Below, piece after piece: positions 33,704 to 42,977 of a stretch of DNA of 64,000 bases (its first letter is position 1; each line of letters opens with the position of its first letter). The notes beneath the pieces are model-generated. The model saw nothing but the letters and a program-made list of their open reading frames with translations. It did not search any database and was not told where the DNA came from. Position numbers and translations under genes: made by a program. Source of the stretch: an uncultured delta proteobacterium (GTDB lineage: Bacteria; Desulfobacterota; WTBG01; CAIYCZ01); contig CAWDOY010000054.1 in the NCBI GenBank assembly GCA_963803975.1, positions 1-64,000 of the forward strand, written 5' to 3'.

Positions 33704-35553
33704 GGGTTTCCTCCACTTGCTGCAACAGCGTCCGCCCGTTTAAGTGTGAACGTGAAGGTGCTGCCCGTGCCTTCGCTGCTCTCCACGCTGATAGTTCCGC
33801 CATGGGCTTCCACAATTTCTCTCGCTATGGCAAGCCCGAGCCCTGCGCCCGGCTCGGATTTTTCATCCGGAACGCGAAAGAACTGTTCAAAAATTCTATT
33901 ACAATATTGCGCCGGGATACCTTTGCCGGTATCGTCAACAGAGAAACTGACCCATTCATTACGGGCCTGCGCGGAAATGGTTACCCTGCCGCCCGGGGCA
34001 GTATATTTCAGACGCGTTCGACAGCAGGTTGGAAACAACGTGATCGATGCGCGTCCGGTCAGCCCAGACTGCAGGCAGAGCATCCGGCACCTTGACCTTC
34101 AGCGCAACCCCGTGGTCCCGGAACGCGCTCTGTAACGATTCCACCGCAGGCTGCAGCATTGCGCGCGGAGATATCGCCTGACAGTCCAGCTTCACGCGTC
34201 CTGATTCGATGCGGCTGATATCAAGCAAATCCTCGACAATATGATATAAGCGGTCACTGTCATCTCGCGCGGCAATCAGCAACTCCGCCTGTTTATCGTT
34301 CAAGGCCCCGATCTTTTCTTCCAGAAGCAGATGAATTGCCATGCGCATGGAGGTGAGCGGGGTCTTTAATTGATGAGACACCGTGGAAATGAGTCCCCGC
34401 TTCATATCATCCTGCTGCCGCAGCTGGGTAATGTCTTCAAAAATAAGCACGATGCCAATAGGCTGTTTCTCATTGTCCAGAATCGGCACGGCCCGCGGAC
34501 GGAAGAAGTGTTCCTCGCCCTTTAAGAAATACTGGATAACCGCGCAGTCACCTTTACCTTCAACAGCCCGGCCGCTGGCAAGGGCATCGTTATACAGCGC
34601 CGCCATCCACGCGCCGGGCATATGCTGAATCAGAGCGCCGGGCTTTAACCCGAATGTCTCCCGTGCTGTTTCGGTTGCCACTTCAATCCTTCCCTCCAGG
34701 TCGACCAGAGCCACGGAATCAGGCAGGCTGTTAAACGCCTGTTGCGTAGAGCGCTGCGCCCTGATCAGCTTGGCCTGGTCGCTGCGGCGGAATTCCCGGA
34801 GGCTGGTTGCCATAGTATTAAATGCTTCTGAAAGCTGCCCGATCTCATCACGTGAGCTGCTGTGAATAACGAGCTCGAGATTGCCCCGCGCAACCTGGTC
34901 GGTAAAATCAATAAGCCGGGTAATGGGCCGCAGCACCCATTTGCCGGTAAAATAAATAAAGCCAAGGGCAAGCAGGGCCCCGGCACATAACAGAACATAC
35001 ATCCGTTGCCGGGCAGCTGCTGCCTTAGCGCGGGCCCGGTCATTGGCTTCACTCATATTCTCCTGGTTCATGCTGCAGGACTTCTTCCGCCGTGTTTTTT
35101 ATCTGCTGAAAAAGCGGTAAGATTTTTGTGAAATAGAGATCACGCCGGGCTCCGGAAGACAGGCCGGGACTGCTGTAACGCCTGTATTGTTGCCTTATAC
35201 TGGGTAAAAAGATTTCTAATACGGTTCGCTTTTTCTCCTTCATGGGGAAGCGTTATATTGTTTAACTCAACCTGAAGAGCTTTTTCAAAATCCCGTGCGT
35301 GTTTCGCAATATATTCATTCCCGACTTTCTCATTACCGAGCACAATGAAAAGCGTGCCGCTGTCCATGCGCTCCAGGGCTTCCTTCATGTGCTGACAGGC
35401 AAGCACGCTGCGGTAGTTTTCACGCAGAATAACATCTATTGATGGTCCCAGTTCGGTAAGCTCCCTGATGCCCTGTACACCAATGAGCACAATAATCACA
35501 AGCAGTCCACCGAATCCGAGAGATAATTTTTGACGAAGACCGAGCATATACAT
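33691..35553 (-). CDS. Membrane sensor histidine kinase (four-helix periplasmic domain-HAMP-PAS-HisKA-HATPase; frameshifted)
   Basis: ENYRSV, RDEIGQLSEAFNTM, VSHQLKTPLTS, NLLSNA, DTGKGI, GAGLGLAI across ORFs 35140..35553, 33959..35071, 33691..34083. Confidence 0.88.
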
Positions 35554-35572
35554 TCCTCCGGGTAATCATATA

Positions 35573-35695
35573 TACAAACGATATGCCAATCCCGCCATCG
35601 TGCAATGAGTTAAAAATGCGGGATTATTAATCACCAGGGACTTTGCGGTTTTGTATTTTGCAAGAAGCTATGGTTAGTGAGCTTGAAAATTGCAA
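35573..35695 (-). promoter_or_regulatory. sigma54 promoter with two upstream activator palindromes (kinase-kdp operon)
   Basis: Minus strand TGGCATATCGTTTGTA (35588-35573); ttgtattttgcaa 35651-35663 and ttgaaaattgcaa 35683-35695. Confidence 0.75.
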
Positions 35696-35795
35696 GGCTG
35701 GTTAACAAAAAAGCTGGTTATATTCATAATGGCCATTACCAGGCGCACTCACATCGGTAAATAAATAAAGTCATTGTTTGCGCTCACGGGAAAAT

Positions 35796-36576
35796 CTATT
35801 GCGGGTTCTTTTCTTTTCCCTTTACTGAGAATTTATTTTCCAGCAGGTTAATGGATTGTAAGATGATGTCGGTCTCATCATCAGATTGTATATCAAGGGT
35901 AATCCCGGCAGCTTCCAGCAGGTGCTGCATTTTACCGGACAGATAGGAAATTGAATTTGAAACATAAAACGGAAAGTACCAGAAATAGCCGAATCGCCAA
36001 TAAAACAGAGATTGTCACTATGATTGCCATGGTGCTTATTATGCGGGCTGCATCCTGTTGCGCGAGTTTGTTTTTTCGCTCAATGGCCTGCATATTAACA
36101 TCATTAATGTTGCGGATAGCCTGCCGCAGTTTTTCATAAGCCGGCAGAAGCCCGCTAAAATAGACCTCAGTACTGCCGGCGCCGTTTTTTATCTGCCGGG
36201 AAAGATTGAGATAAAGAGCATAGGTAGTGTTAAGCTGCTCGACATAGTCCTTTTCGTGTATTTCAGTTATATTGCTGTTTTCTTCCTTTAAATTCCGGTC
36301 AAACGCATTTCTGGCTGATTCAAATGTTTTTACGTAATAATCAGAAGCTTTATTTGCCATGGCGGGATTAAAGATGCTGTTGCCGACAGCAGTATTCATA
36401 TCATCAAGGGCCTGAAGCATATTTTTTGCATAGACCAGAGAATGGTAATTATTTTTCAGAATATTGTCAGACTCCCGGGATAATTTTTGAATGTAATAGG
36501 AACAGATTCCCGCTACAGCAAAAATTATAACAAAGAGAAATCCAATACCCAGTGAAAGTTTTGTTTTGAGCACCAT
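35796..36576 (-). CDS. Kinase-less membrane protein: four-helix periplasmic domain + degenerate HAMP (frameshift near 35995)
   Basis: N-terminus parallels the neighbouring kinase (KLSLG.G.L, NY.S, E..NIT, N...M); repaired frame ends FWYFPFYVSNSI...QSDDET...KNPQ*. Confidence 0.7.
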
Positions 36577-36726
36577 ACGCATCTCCGTAATAAATTTTCT
36601 GCTTGTAGAGTGATCAATGTTTACCCTCATTATTAATAAGCATAATGATCAAAAAAATGCCATTAAATCCAAAGGATAATTTCTGCCAAAGACCGCACCA
36701 TCGACGCTACTCACGTCAAAACTTAT

Positions 36727-36849
36727 TACATACAATGTGCCAACCCTGGACGGCTTTAATGATTTGAAAAAGCGGACTTTTTTATCTTAAGCAGATGCGG
36801 GGTATTGTATTGTGCAAGGAAGGGGTTACAACTATCTTGAAAACTGCAA
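36727..36849 (-). promoter_or_regulatory. Second sigma54 promoter with two upstream activator palindromes
   Basis: Minus strand TGGCACATTGTATGTA (36742-36727); ttgtattgtgcaa 36805-36817 and ttgaaaactgcaa 36837-36849. Confidence 0.75.
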
Positions 36850-36898
36850 TGCGGACGGTCAAAAGAAGGCTGAAGGGGAAGGGCTTGCACAACGGTAA

Positions 36899-38254
36899 TT
36901 AAATCCCGTACTGCTTGCGCCGGCGCCACAAGGTGGCCTGATCGATGCCGAGAACATCGGCAGCCTCCTGCAGCGATTTGGTTGCTGCAAGCACGCGCCG
37001 GATATGCAGCTCTTCGATTTTTTCCAGGTTGACCAGATCGCCTATCTGCGTAATCGCCGCGCGGGGGAGCAGTGTTTCCGGCAGGTGCTCGATACCGATG
37101 CGGTCAGCCGGGCAGATGATTGCAGCGCGTTCAATAATATTTCGCAGTTCCCTGATATTGCCGGGCCATGCATAGTTTCTCAGCGCCTGCAGGGTCTCTT
37201 CGGTAAAGCCGGAAAAATTTCGATGGTTGGCGCGGCCGAAAAACTGCAGCAGCCGTTCGGCAAGGGGTGCCACGTCGTCCTGACGGTCGCGCAGGGGGGG
37301 GAGCGCAATCTGAATCACATTGAGGCGATAGAAAAGGTCTTCCCGGAAACGGCCGTCCCGGACAGCCGTTTCCAGGTCTATATTGGTTGCTGCCATGAGC
37401 CGCACATCCGCCTTGCGTGTTACGCTGTCACCAATCCGTTCATATGCATGATCCTGAAGAAAGCGCAACAGCTTGGGCTGAACGGACAGCGGCATGTCTC
37501 CTATTTCGTCTAACAGGAGTGTTCCGCCTTCACACGCGCCAATGCGGCCGGGACTGTCATGCACGGCTCCCGTAAACGCTCCCCTGAGATGTCCGAACAG
37601 TTCGCTTTCCAGCAGTTCAGCAGGAATAGAAGGGCAGGAAACATTACCGAATGGTTTATTGGCCCGTTTGCTCCACACATGTATCATGCGCGCCAGAACA
37701 GTTTTACCCGTGCCGCTTTCTCCCCGCAAGAGGATCGTGGCGTCCGAAGGTGCGACCTGCCGTGCCAGGCTGAGTGCATGCTGCATGGCGGGGCTGTTCG
37801 TAGCAAAATCTATTTCAGGATTTACTCTTTTCAGGTCTTCCTTGAGGCTCGCGACCTTTTGTTCGAGCTGGCAGACTTCAGCAACTTTCTGCACTGCGAG
37901 TTTTACCTGGGAGGGAGTAAACGGTTTCGGTATATAGTCGGTGGCTCCCCGGCGCATGGCTTCGACAGCTGTGTCAATAGAGGCATAGGCTGTTATAACA
38001 ATTATCTTGAGCCACGGCGTCATGGCCAGTAACTGCGGGATTAAATCAAGCCCGCTGGCTGTTCCGAGCCGGATATCCACAAATGCCGCTTCAAAACTTC
38101 TGCGTGTTGCCTCGGCAACCGCGTCCGGGGCGTTGCTTACGGCAACAACCCGGTGCCCTTCGGTTTCAAGGCAGACGGACAGGGTTTTGCGGATGTTGAC
38201 TTCATCATCCACAACAAGAATATGTAGCGAGGCATTTTCTGAAAGCTCATTCAT
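36899..38254 (-). CDS. sigma54-dependent response regulator (NtrC family)
   Basis: Receiver ILVVDDE, GESGTGKT, ESELFGH..GAFTGA, FREDLFYRLNV, WPGNIREL, Fis-type HTH. Confidence 0.95.
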   Translation of the reverse strand: MNELSENASLHILVVDDEVNIRKTLSVCLETEGHRVVAVSNAPDAVAEATRRSFEAAFVDIRLGTASGLDLIPQLLAMTPWLKIIVITAYASIDTAVEAMRRGATDYIPKPFTPSQVKLAVQKVAEVCQLEQKVASLKEDLKRVNPEIDFATNSPAMQHALSLARQVAPSDATILLRGESGTGKTVLARMIHVWSKRANKPFGNVSCPSIPAELLESELFGHLRGAFTGAVHDSPGRIGACEGGTLLLDEIGDMPLSVQPKLLRFLQDHAYERIGDSVTRKADVRLMAATNIDLETAVRDGRFREDLFYRLNVIQIALPPLRDRQDDVAPLAERLLQFFGRANHRNFSGFTEETLQALRNYAWPGNIRELRNIIERAAIICPADRIGIEHLPETLLPRAAITQIGDLVNLEKIEELHIRRVLAATKSLQEAADVLGIDQATLWRRRKQYGI

Positions 38255-38329
38255 GCGGAAACCCGTGCTGCTTATTTACCCGCTGCCGGCAGAACCGCAG
38301 GGAGGATTAAGCAGCTCATTATTGCGCGA

Positions 38330-38710
38330 TTACAGATTCTCCTCAATATACAGCGTGAGTTCGATCATGCGCTCAAGCAGCTCATCACCCGGGAGGCCTT
38401 CAGCCCCTTTTACCTTCATCTCGCGTTTTATGGAATCACAGATGTGGGTTGCAACATAGGAAAAATCCGGCAGCCCGGCAGCGGTATGATGAATGCCCTC
38501 GCCGTCATCGATGATTTTAAGGAAATGCTCTCCGTGCTCCTGGCCGCGTATAATAGTTATATTTTTAGCCCTGGCATCAATACTGTTTTCAGCCAGTTCC
38601 GCAATGGCTTTCAGGGGATTGGTCTGGGAAAGGGCGATAATGGTGATTGCATTCCAGTTGTCCCCGATGCGCAGCTTTCCTTTGAGCTGGGTACTCTTTT
38701 TTTTCATCAA
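38330..38710 (-). pseudogene. Truncated or internally deleted GHKL (HATPase_c_3-like) ATPase
   Basis: AIAELAENSIDA (N box) and DDGEGI (G1) present; G2 box absent; only 126 aa. Confidence 0.6.
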
Positions 38711-39019
38711 GATTTATTCCCTGATTTATATGATAGAGTTAACAAGCACAGTGCATATCATAGTGTACATTTATTTTCATCGCAATCTGAATTTTTCTTT
38801 ACCGGGAAACTACGGCGCCCGAAAATAATTTACAGCGCTTCTGCCTTGACGCATTATTGTTATAATTCGCCATCGCATTCTGTTTTTGGCATGTCTTGAG
38901 ATTACTATTGGCTTCATTATAGTATTGAATAATATAAAAGATATCGTAAATATTACCATAGAAAATCTTCCTATTGAAAAAGCTGAAGCTGCCATTGCTT
39001 AAGAAAACAGGCAGAGGTC

Positions 39020-39157
39020 ATGAGAAAAAGGCTCAAGAAAAAAAAGAGAAGCTGCTCTCTGTGCAATAAGCAGAGAGGCATTTTTTTTGAATTAAAAAGA
39101 GGCAAGGCCATTTCCGACCCTGCCTCTTTTGTGTTTTACCTCGGCACACAGTACTGA
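39020..39157 (+). CDS. Small Lys/Arg-rich ORF with CxxC (possible leader peptide or gene remnant)
   Basis: MRKRLKKKKRSCSLCNKQRG..., 45 aa, GAGG upstream. Confidence 0.35.
   Translation: MRKRLKKKKRSCSLCNKQRGIFFELKRGKAISDPASFVFYLGTQY
39095..39130. terminator. Intrinsic terminator-like hairpin upstream of asd
   Basis: aaaagaggca...tgcctctttt. Confidence 0.6.
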
Positions 39158-39304
39158 GCGCTCAGCATTTTATTTTTGCAATTTTGTGCAAAATCGTCAG
39201 CCGTTATGCAGCTTGATTTAAAAGACAAGGTATGTTAAATAACTGTGTCGTTTTCATATATATAGTGCAAGCACCAAAAAAAAAGATGTAATAAGCAAGG
39301 AGAG

Positions 39305-40360
39305 ATGTTCATGGAGAAGATTAAGGTGGGAATTCTCGGCGCTACGGGGATGGTGGGCCAGCGCTTCATCCAGCTCCTTGACGGGCACCCCTGGTTTCAG
39401 ATTACCGAGCTTGCTGCTTCAGAGCGGAGCGCAGGAAAAAATTATGAGGATTCAGTGGGAGACCGGTGGAAGCTTGAGACACCTATCCCGGCAGGGGTTC
39501 GCCGTCTGCCGGTGAAGGAATGCAAGCCGGGTCTTGACGCGAGAATTGTATTTTCAGCGCTTGATGCTGATGTGGCAGGCCCGGTTGAGGAGGAATTTGC
39601 GCGGGCCGGTTATGTGGTTTCAAGCAATTCGCGCAATCACCGCATGGATGGCGATGTGCCGCTGCTGGTGCCGGAAGTAAATGAAGACCATCTGGCAGCT
39701 GTCGCAATGCAGAAGAAAAAATACGGCAACAACGGCTACATCGTCACCAATCCCAACTGCTCCACCATCGGCCTGGTGATGGGTATTGCGCCGCTGCACC
39801 GGAAATTCACGGTAACCAAGATAATGGTGACCACCATGCAGGCACTGAGCGGGGCAGGGTACCCCGGTGTTGCCTCGCTTGATATACTTGATAATGTGAT
39901 CCCGTTCATCGGCGGCGAGGAAGCAAAGATGGAGACCGAGCCGCTGAAAATTCTCGGCAGTTTTACCAGTAAGGACTTTGCCGATGCCGCCATTAAAGTG
40001 AGCGCGTCCTGCAACCGGGTCAATGTAAAAGACGGGCACCTGGAATGCGTGAGCGTTGCACTGGCACAGAAGCCATCCCCGCAGGAGATGATAGCGGCAT
40101 GGGAGTCTTATAATCCGCTGCAGGGCTATAAGCTCCCCTTTTCACCGCCGGCGCCGGTGGTGTACATGAAAAATGAACGACGGCCCCAGCCCCGGTTTGA
40201 CCGTGATACGGGCCAGGGCATGACCTGCTGCATCGGCAGGCTGCGGGAATGCCCCATCCTTGATTACAAGTTTGTGCTGCTCAGCCATAATACGATTCGC
40301 GGTGCTGCAGGCGCTGCCATTCTTAATGCGGAGTTGCTTTCCGTCAAGGGGCTGCTATAA
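39305..40360 (+). CDS. asd: Aspartate-semialdehyde dehydrogenase
   Basis: GATGMVGQRF, TNPNCST, QALSGAGYPGV, HNTIRGAAG. Confidence 0.95.
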   Translation: MFMEKIKVGILGATGMVGQRFIQLLDGHPWFQITELAASERSAGKNYEDSVGDRWKLETPIPAGVRRLPVKECKPGLDARIVFSALDADVAGPVEEEFARAGYVVSSNSRNHRMDGDVPLLVPEVNEDHLAAVAMQKKKYGNNGYIVTNPNCSTIGLVMGIAPLHRKFTVTKIMVTTMQALSGAGYPGVASLDILDNVIPFIGGEEAKMETEPLKILGSFTSKDFADAAIKVSASCNRVNVKDGHLECVSVALAQKPSPQEMIAAWESYNPLQGYKLPFSPPAPVVYMKNERRPQPRFDRDTGQGMTCCIGRLRECPILDYKFVLLSHNTIRGAAGAAILNAELLSVKGLL

Positions 40361-40381
40361 ACCCTTACGCGAGGAAGAGCC

Positions 40382-41065
40382 TTGAATAAACGCGGGCACG
40401 TTCTGCTCATCAGCTCTAATAAGGTGTGGAGAAAGAATGTCGGAAACCTCCTGAAAAAAGAGGTCTCTGAACTGGTGGAAGCCGGCAGCATTGAAGAGGC
40501 GGTCGAAGCGCCATCCCGGATTCACATAGATATAATACTGCTTGACCTTACCTCCCGGGATGAGCCGGCTGCACAGAGGTGCCGCTCTTTAAAGAACAAT
40601 GCCGCGTTCAGGGATGTGCCGGTGGTGGCGTTCGTGTCGGAGCATCAGCTTGCAGCGCTTGATGTCAGCGCTGATGTTGAAGACATAATCATCCAGCGCG
40701 ACAGCGCTGATGAGGCATTGTTCAGAATAAAGCGGGTGCTGTGGAAAAAAATATACTCCCGGAGTGCCGCGGCCATCACCATAGAGGATCTGGTCATTGA
40801 CCTTGAGAACTATGAAGCATCCATAAAAGGCCAGTCCCTCTATTTAACGTTCAAGGAATTTGAGCTGCTGAAATTTTTTCTCCTCAACCGGGGCCGGGTC
40901 TTCACCCGTGATGACCTGCTCGACAAGGTGTGGGGCTATGATAACTACGTGGGAACCCGGACCGTTGATATCCACATCCAGCGGCTGCGCCATAAGCTGG
41001 GAACCCCGGTGGGAGACATGATTGTTACGGTACGGAATGTGGGATACAAATTTGCCGCGGATTAA
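40382..41065 (+). CDS. OmpR/PhoB-family response regulator with atypical receiver
   Basis: LTFKEFELL, RTVDIHIQRLR, TVRNVGYKF; acidic pair after the first strand replaced (LLISSN). Confidence 0.85.
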   Translation: MNKRGHVLLISSNKVWRKNVGNLLKKEVSELVEAGSIEEAVEAPSRIHIDIILLDLTSRDEPAAQRCRSLKNNAAFRDVPVVAFVSEHQLAALDVSADVEDIIIQRDSADEALFRIKRVLWKKIYSRSAAAITIEDLVIDLENYEASIKGQSLYLTFKEFELLKFFLLNRGRVFTRDDLLDKVWGYDNYVGTRTVDIHIQRLRHKLGTPVGDMIVTVRNVGYKFAAD

Positions 41066-41100
41066 GACAGCACAACAACTTGCAGAGAAAGGACAACAGA

Positions 41101-41715
41101 ATGGCGGAACCGAAAAGTAAAAACATCGTATGGCATCACGCAACCATTACTAAAGAAGACCGGGAAAAGCTCTTCAGCCAGCAGGGGGTGGTCATCTGGT
41201 TTACCGGGCTCTCAGGCTCCGGCAAATCAACCCTTGCCAATGAAGTGGAAGGTGCCCTGTTTGAGCGGGGCTGCCACACCTATATTCTTGACGGGGATAA
41301 TATCCGGCACGGTCTGAACAAGGACATCGGGTTTTCTCCCAAGGACCGGGAAGAAAACATCCGGCGCATCGGCGAAGTGGCGCACCTCTTTGCCCAGGCA
41401 GGCGTTATTGTCATGACCGCGTTTATCTCGCCATATCTGGCTGACCGGGAGCTGGCGCGCAAGCTGAACAAGGAGGGGGAATTCATTGAAATCTACTGCC
41501 GCTGCTCTCTTGAGGAATGCGAGCGCCGGGATACCAAGGGCCTCTATAAAAAGGCCCGCGCCGGCGAGGTCAAGGAATTTACCGGCATATCAGCCCCCTA
41601 TGAGGAGCCGGTGCAGCCGGAACTGATTCTTGACACGGACAAGGAAACACTTAAGGAAAGCGCGGGGAAAGTTCTTGCTTATCTTGAGAAACGGGGAATT
41701 ATTGCTCCCGTATAA
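41101..41715 (+). CDS. cysC: Adenylyl-sulfate kinase
   Basis: WFTGLSGSGKST, LDGDNIRHGL, RDTKGLY, FTGISAPYE. Confidence 0.95.
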   Translation: MAEPKSKNIVWHHATITKEDREKLFSQQGVVIWFTGLSGSGKSTLANEVEGALFERGCHTYILDGDNIRHGLNKDIGFSPKDREENIRRIGEVAHLFAQAGVIVMTAFISPYLADRELARKLNKEGEFIEIYCRCSLEECERRDTKGLYKKARAGEVKEFTGISAPYEEPVQPELILDTDKETLKESAGKVLAYLEKRGIIAPV

Positions 41716-41745
41716 TTTTCCTGCAGCGTTTTCCGTTCCCGCACA

Positions 41746-42872
41746 TTATTGCAGGGCTTTGGCCTTATCCTGGATTGCACGGAGCAGATCAAGGTAGGAT
41801 TTTTCGAATGCCTTTACCCCCGCGCTCTGCAAGTCCTGATATATCGTATCCAGACTGATGCCTGCAGCTTCAATCTTTCTGAGCGTTTCCGGGGCAGTAG
41901 CGATCCCTTTTTCTATAGTTGGCTGTGCTACGCCGTGGTCTCTGAAGGCGCTGATGGTTTCCGGCGGCAGGGTGTTTATGGTATGGCTGCCGATGAGCGC
42001 TTCCACGTATTTGACATCACTGTAGCGGGGATCCTTGGTGCCGGTGCTTGCCCAGAGCGGTCTTTGGAGATGCGCACCCTTTTCTTGCAGAGCCTTAAAG
42101 CGGGCGCTGAAAAAGAGCTCTTTAAATATGGCGTAGGTTACCTTGGCAACGGCAATGGCAGTCTGGCCTCTGAGCTCATGGATGGTTACCTTTTGTCCTG
42201 CATCATGGGCCGCCAGGCACAGCTCATCTATCCGCTGGTCAACACTGGTATCAATCCGGCTCAAAAAAAGCTCGCCACCGAATGGACCGTTGACAGGTCA
42301 CGGCCCTGCTTCATCCGCTCTTCTAATCCTTCAATGTAGGCCAGCGCTACTCTCCGGTAATGCTCCGGCGAAAACAAAAGCGTTATATTTACATTACACC
42401 CCCGGGCAATAAGCTCCTTTACTGCTGTCGCACCCTGCGGGGTGCCGGGAACCTTTACCATGATATTGGGCATAGTGATCTCGGAAAGAATGGCCAGAGC
42501 TTCGGCAATGCTCTTTTCAATTTCAAAGGCATGCTGCGGGTTCAGCTCGATAGATACAAAACCATCCTCCCCTGCCGTTTTCTCAAAGACCGGCAGCAGA
42601 AGCCGGCCTGCCTCCCTGATGTCATCGATGGTTATCCGGTGGTATATTGCCGGCGCATCGCTTCCTGCCCGGGCCAGGGCGCCGATCTGTTCATCGTAGT
42701 CAAAGCTTTTGCTCACCGCCTTCATGAAGATGGTGGGATTTGAGGTGATGCCGCATACGCCGTCTTCATCAATAAATCTCTGGAGCGTGCCGTCATGCAG
42801 CTCCTGTCTCTGGATATTATCCAGCCAGAGGCTCTGGCCGCAGGCTTTCAGTTGTCTGGTTCTTGTTGTCAT
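41746..42872 (-). CDS. tal: Transaldolase (frameshift in homopolymer near 42265)
   Basis: GQSLWLD, GITSNPTIF, KVPGT, NITLLFS, SVASFF|SRID, RPLWASTGTK. Confidence 0.92.
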
Positions 42873-42977
42873 GTCCGCCTCGTTTGTAATGGGTGTTCAC
42901 CGGTATTGCGTTTCGCGGGCTGAAAGCTGTCAGCTGTCAGCGTGTTTTTAGAGCTTCATTTGTTTCTGCTGCTTATG

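Noticed and set aside
21797..35553. Mass pseudogenisation or programmed frameshifting (glmM, nadE, kdpABC, kinase; also tal, mqnE)
   Set aside because: Scattered single-base indels, often in homopolymers, in housekeeping genes with intact motifs point to sequencing error; no consistent slippery-site signal
38900..39002. Possible HicB-like C-terminal relic (NNIKDIVNITIENL)
   Set aside because: Too short and AT-rich to support without a search
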